A stretch of 64,000 nucleotides of DNA. Source: Azolla caroliniana (lineage: Eukaryota > Plantae > Polypodiophyta). The position numbers and the translations under genes are program-made. The notes beneath the pieces are model-generated. The model saw nothing but the letters and a program-made list of their open reading frames with translations. It did no database searches and was not told where the DNA came from. Every line of letters begins with the position of its first letter. Positions within the stretch are counted from its first letter, which is position 1. Location of the stretch: contig JBHGNT010000018.1 of assembly GCA_043228905.1 (NCBI GenBank), positions 6,696,001 through 6,760,000 on the forward strand, in the 5' to 3' direction. Positions 61,301-64,000 of this stretch are shown here, in pieces.

Positions 61301-63700
61301 TCTTCGGTTCTTTCCTTTTTGTCTCCCGTAAATGGCTTAACGACAAATGATGGTTCACCTTGTCGCTCATCAGGTCTATTAGTCTCACGTTGTAGACTAA
61401 TGACACGTGCCTCAAGAGCACTCTGAGATTGCCGAAGTTCGGTTATCTGTTGAGCGGTGAAACTAAGGTATTGGGTTATTTGTGCCAAATACATCTCAGT
61501 GGACATTTGTCCAGGAGGATTCCCTTGAGTTCCTTCCGCTTGAGCGGATGACATGGGGTCGTGAATTTGAGCCATTAAAGATTATTTATGGAAAAGAAAT
61601 AGGACAAGGTCAAAGATATAGTCATAACATCATGTCGTGATGTAAACATATCATGGGCGAGCATTAATCGATATCATTATCTCACGTCAATACCCCTCTA
61701 GACGTATGAGATGAGGTTCAAGATCAGGTTACTATGGTAACACAAAGGTGTTTTAAAAACCATGGGGGTGACAAATAAATGTCTTTCGCTTATCTCTATA
61801 TCGATTTTTTCCATGGTGGCTCCCCGAGGCTCAACCATGTATGTTCGCGTCATGAATAGTTTATACACGAAAAAAATGTTAACAATAAACTATGTTTCCG
61901 TGCCCACATATGTGGTTTCGGTTCTTTAAGTCCTATTACGAGGACCCCGACTTGCACTTAGACCTTAAGTCTAAACATGTGTTATAGTCATATGTATCAA
62001 AGATGTTGTATGGTCTTGGTCATATTTGAACTCGAGACCTTGAGAATAAATACATTAAACACTTGAGCCAACCAAGTAAGTTACTCTTCTCGAATGCTTA
62101 ATGTTTGATGCGTATAAAAGATATGCGAGGCAATTGATCATATATGTTTTTTTTAAAAGAACATATATGTCAAGGGTCCTTATTTCACCCTCATCTACCA
62201 AAACTATGTTGGTACATTACCTAACCTCAAGCCTTGTAATTACGATGGCATACGCCAAAGTGCAACCTAATGGTCAAGCCAAAATGAGCCCTCGTTTCGT
62301 AGTAGGCTCACGTGGGCCATCACATGGTCATGTCATTACGAATGCCTCTCGTAAGAACGAGCTCATGGTGGCATCGTATCCATGTAACGAGGGAGGGATG
62401 TTGGATACGTGCGTCATTGGAGCGACCTCACTTGAAGTGGGTCAAGCCCTACGTACTCAACATCATTATGGCTATTGGCGTTTCTTTACGTAACGAAATC
62501 GAGGTCATCAACGGGGTTATCAACAATAAAAAATTGTTGAAAAAGGAATGGTGACAACGCCATTCTCACAAAAATGTGAGGACGGCCACCAACATCCTTT
62601 TCCTGACAAGGACAACTTTCGATATAATCACGTATTAACGAATATACACATATGTTCACTTATCACATATATACGATCAAATACATATATATGTGACCAC
62701 ATATGCCTATATTAAACATATCGTTTATATTAAATAGCCACAAATGATGTGATCGAGATACGTAATCGAGGTATATACCACTACGCACACGAAACATCCT
62801 CAAATAAGAGATCATCGTAATACGCAATTGAGGTATTGACCTCTTACGCATACAAGACCAACCGCATATCGTTTACAACAAATCAAGGTATTAAACCCAT
62901 ACGCAAACGTAACATATGTTCGTGAACGTAATACGTAATTGAGGTATTAACCTCGTACGCATACGACACTCATCACATATTATTAATATGTCAAACGAGG
63001 TATTGGCCTCGTGCACATATGTAAACGTTTTAGATAATCAATTAAAGACCACTACAACATCATTGACTTAATGAAAAAAATTACATATAAACTAAACACA
63101 TGATTAGATGGGAGAAGAGAGAATAGAAAGAAAAATTATGGAAAGAGTTACCGAAGTTCTTTGCTGATCGTTGTCTGGATCAAGGCCGACCGCACATTGA
63201 TCGATCAGCATCAATCAAAAGACAAATGAAAAACAAAGAAACATTAGTACGTAGCTCTGATACCAAACATTATAGATCTAAGTACTAAAGTAAGCTTAAG
63301 ATAAGGATAAAGTAATGATAGATAGAAAGGAGAAAGAGAAAGAAGGGTGCCGATCCACCCGACCACCCCCGAGCGAAGGGATCGAGACGGACTCGAGCCT
63401 CGATCGGCGTCCCATACCACTGTCGTGGCGTCGAGTCGTACCTGGTGCTGGCGCGCTCGCTACAAGAGTTGACCCACCACACGAGCAGAGTCTCGATGTA
63501 GTCAAAAGATGATCAAATGAGGGTAGCTAGGCCTCTTATTTATAGCGATACCCAAGGCCCCCAGGCAAGTTCACACTTGACCTAATGGGTTGTCTCAATC
63601 CCGAGGATTAAAAGTAATCCTCCCCTTCTTTACACTCTCGTTTAACCCTCACACTTATCCACGTGTATAGAATACTACAGTAAATTCTCACCATGGGATA
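58330..63700 (-). mobile_element. Chromovirus-type Ty3/Gypsy, 3'-truncated; Met PBS at 63254-63265, long 5' leader
   Basis: GCTCTGATACCA; gag-pol downstream on the minus strand; outer boundaries approximate. Confidence 0.8.
58468..61575 (-). pseudogene. Gypsy gag-pol (Gag, CCHC, PR, RT, RH), with one in-frame TGA at 59233-59235
   Basis: [61 protein letters not shown]. Confidence 0.92.
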
Positions 63701-63709
63701 TTAAATGGT

Positions 63710-64000
63710 CATACCCATAACAGGCACAGAACGTTAATCTTGGCGGGAGTCGATATTTTGTCTCCTTCATCGACGACTATACGTGGCACACGTGGATCTA
63801 CCTCCTCGAGAAGAAGAGTGAAGTCTTCGACTATTTCCGGGACCTCAAAGGGTTTGTGGAAATGGAAACAGGACGAAAGATCAAGTGCTTGCAGTGGGAT
63901 GGCGGAAAAGAGTACTTTTCCGGTCAATTCAACGAGTATCTACAGCAGATGGGAATTCGGCACGAATTCAGTTGTAGATACACGCCGAGAAAAATGGCGT
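63710..64000 (+). mobile_element. Bryco-like Copia integrase fragment (runs off the window)
   Basis: AQNVNLGGSRYFVSFIDDYTWHTWIYLLEKKSEVFD, homologous to 26400-26660. Confidence 0.85.

Noticed and set aside
62020-62080. Weak A/B-box-like sequence in the chromovirus leader
   Set aside because: Too degenerate and not in a Trp-family LTR; not counted as support

Overview
This 64-kb window is eukaryotic, essentially gene-free, nested-transposon DNA from a plant. A bryophyte (moss) origin is an inference from Bryco/RLC5-like Copia Gag sequences and a tRNA-Trp-primed Gypsy family. The first 15.3 kb is the right end of a near-perfect head-to-tail array of a 2817-bp unit: a 756-bp shared LTR, an 18-nt tRNA-Trp PBS, one Gag-like ORF with no Pol that fills the whole internal region, and a PPT. 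The array is inserted at ACGT into an intron-containing Sola-like DNA transposase pseudogene. The rest is nested Copia and Gypsy elements and solo LTRs. Three features stand out. (1) The LTRs of the Trp-primed family carry a tRNA-like A-box/B-box (Pol III promoter-like) module, conserved across diverged LTR subtypes, which resembles a tRNA analogue of Cassandra's 5S module. (2) This family repeatedly inserts at ACGT/CCGT with 4-bp TSDs, and two insertions have dissimilar left and right LTRs inside one TSD. (3) One Gypsy 3' LTR is preceded by a tRNA-3'-end-like sequence instead of a PPT. All family names come from motif recognition by eye; no database search was run.
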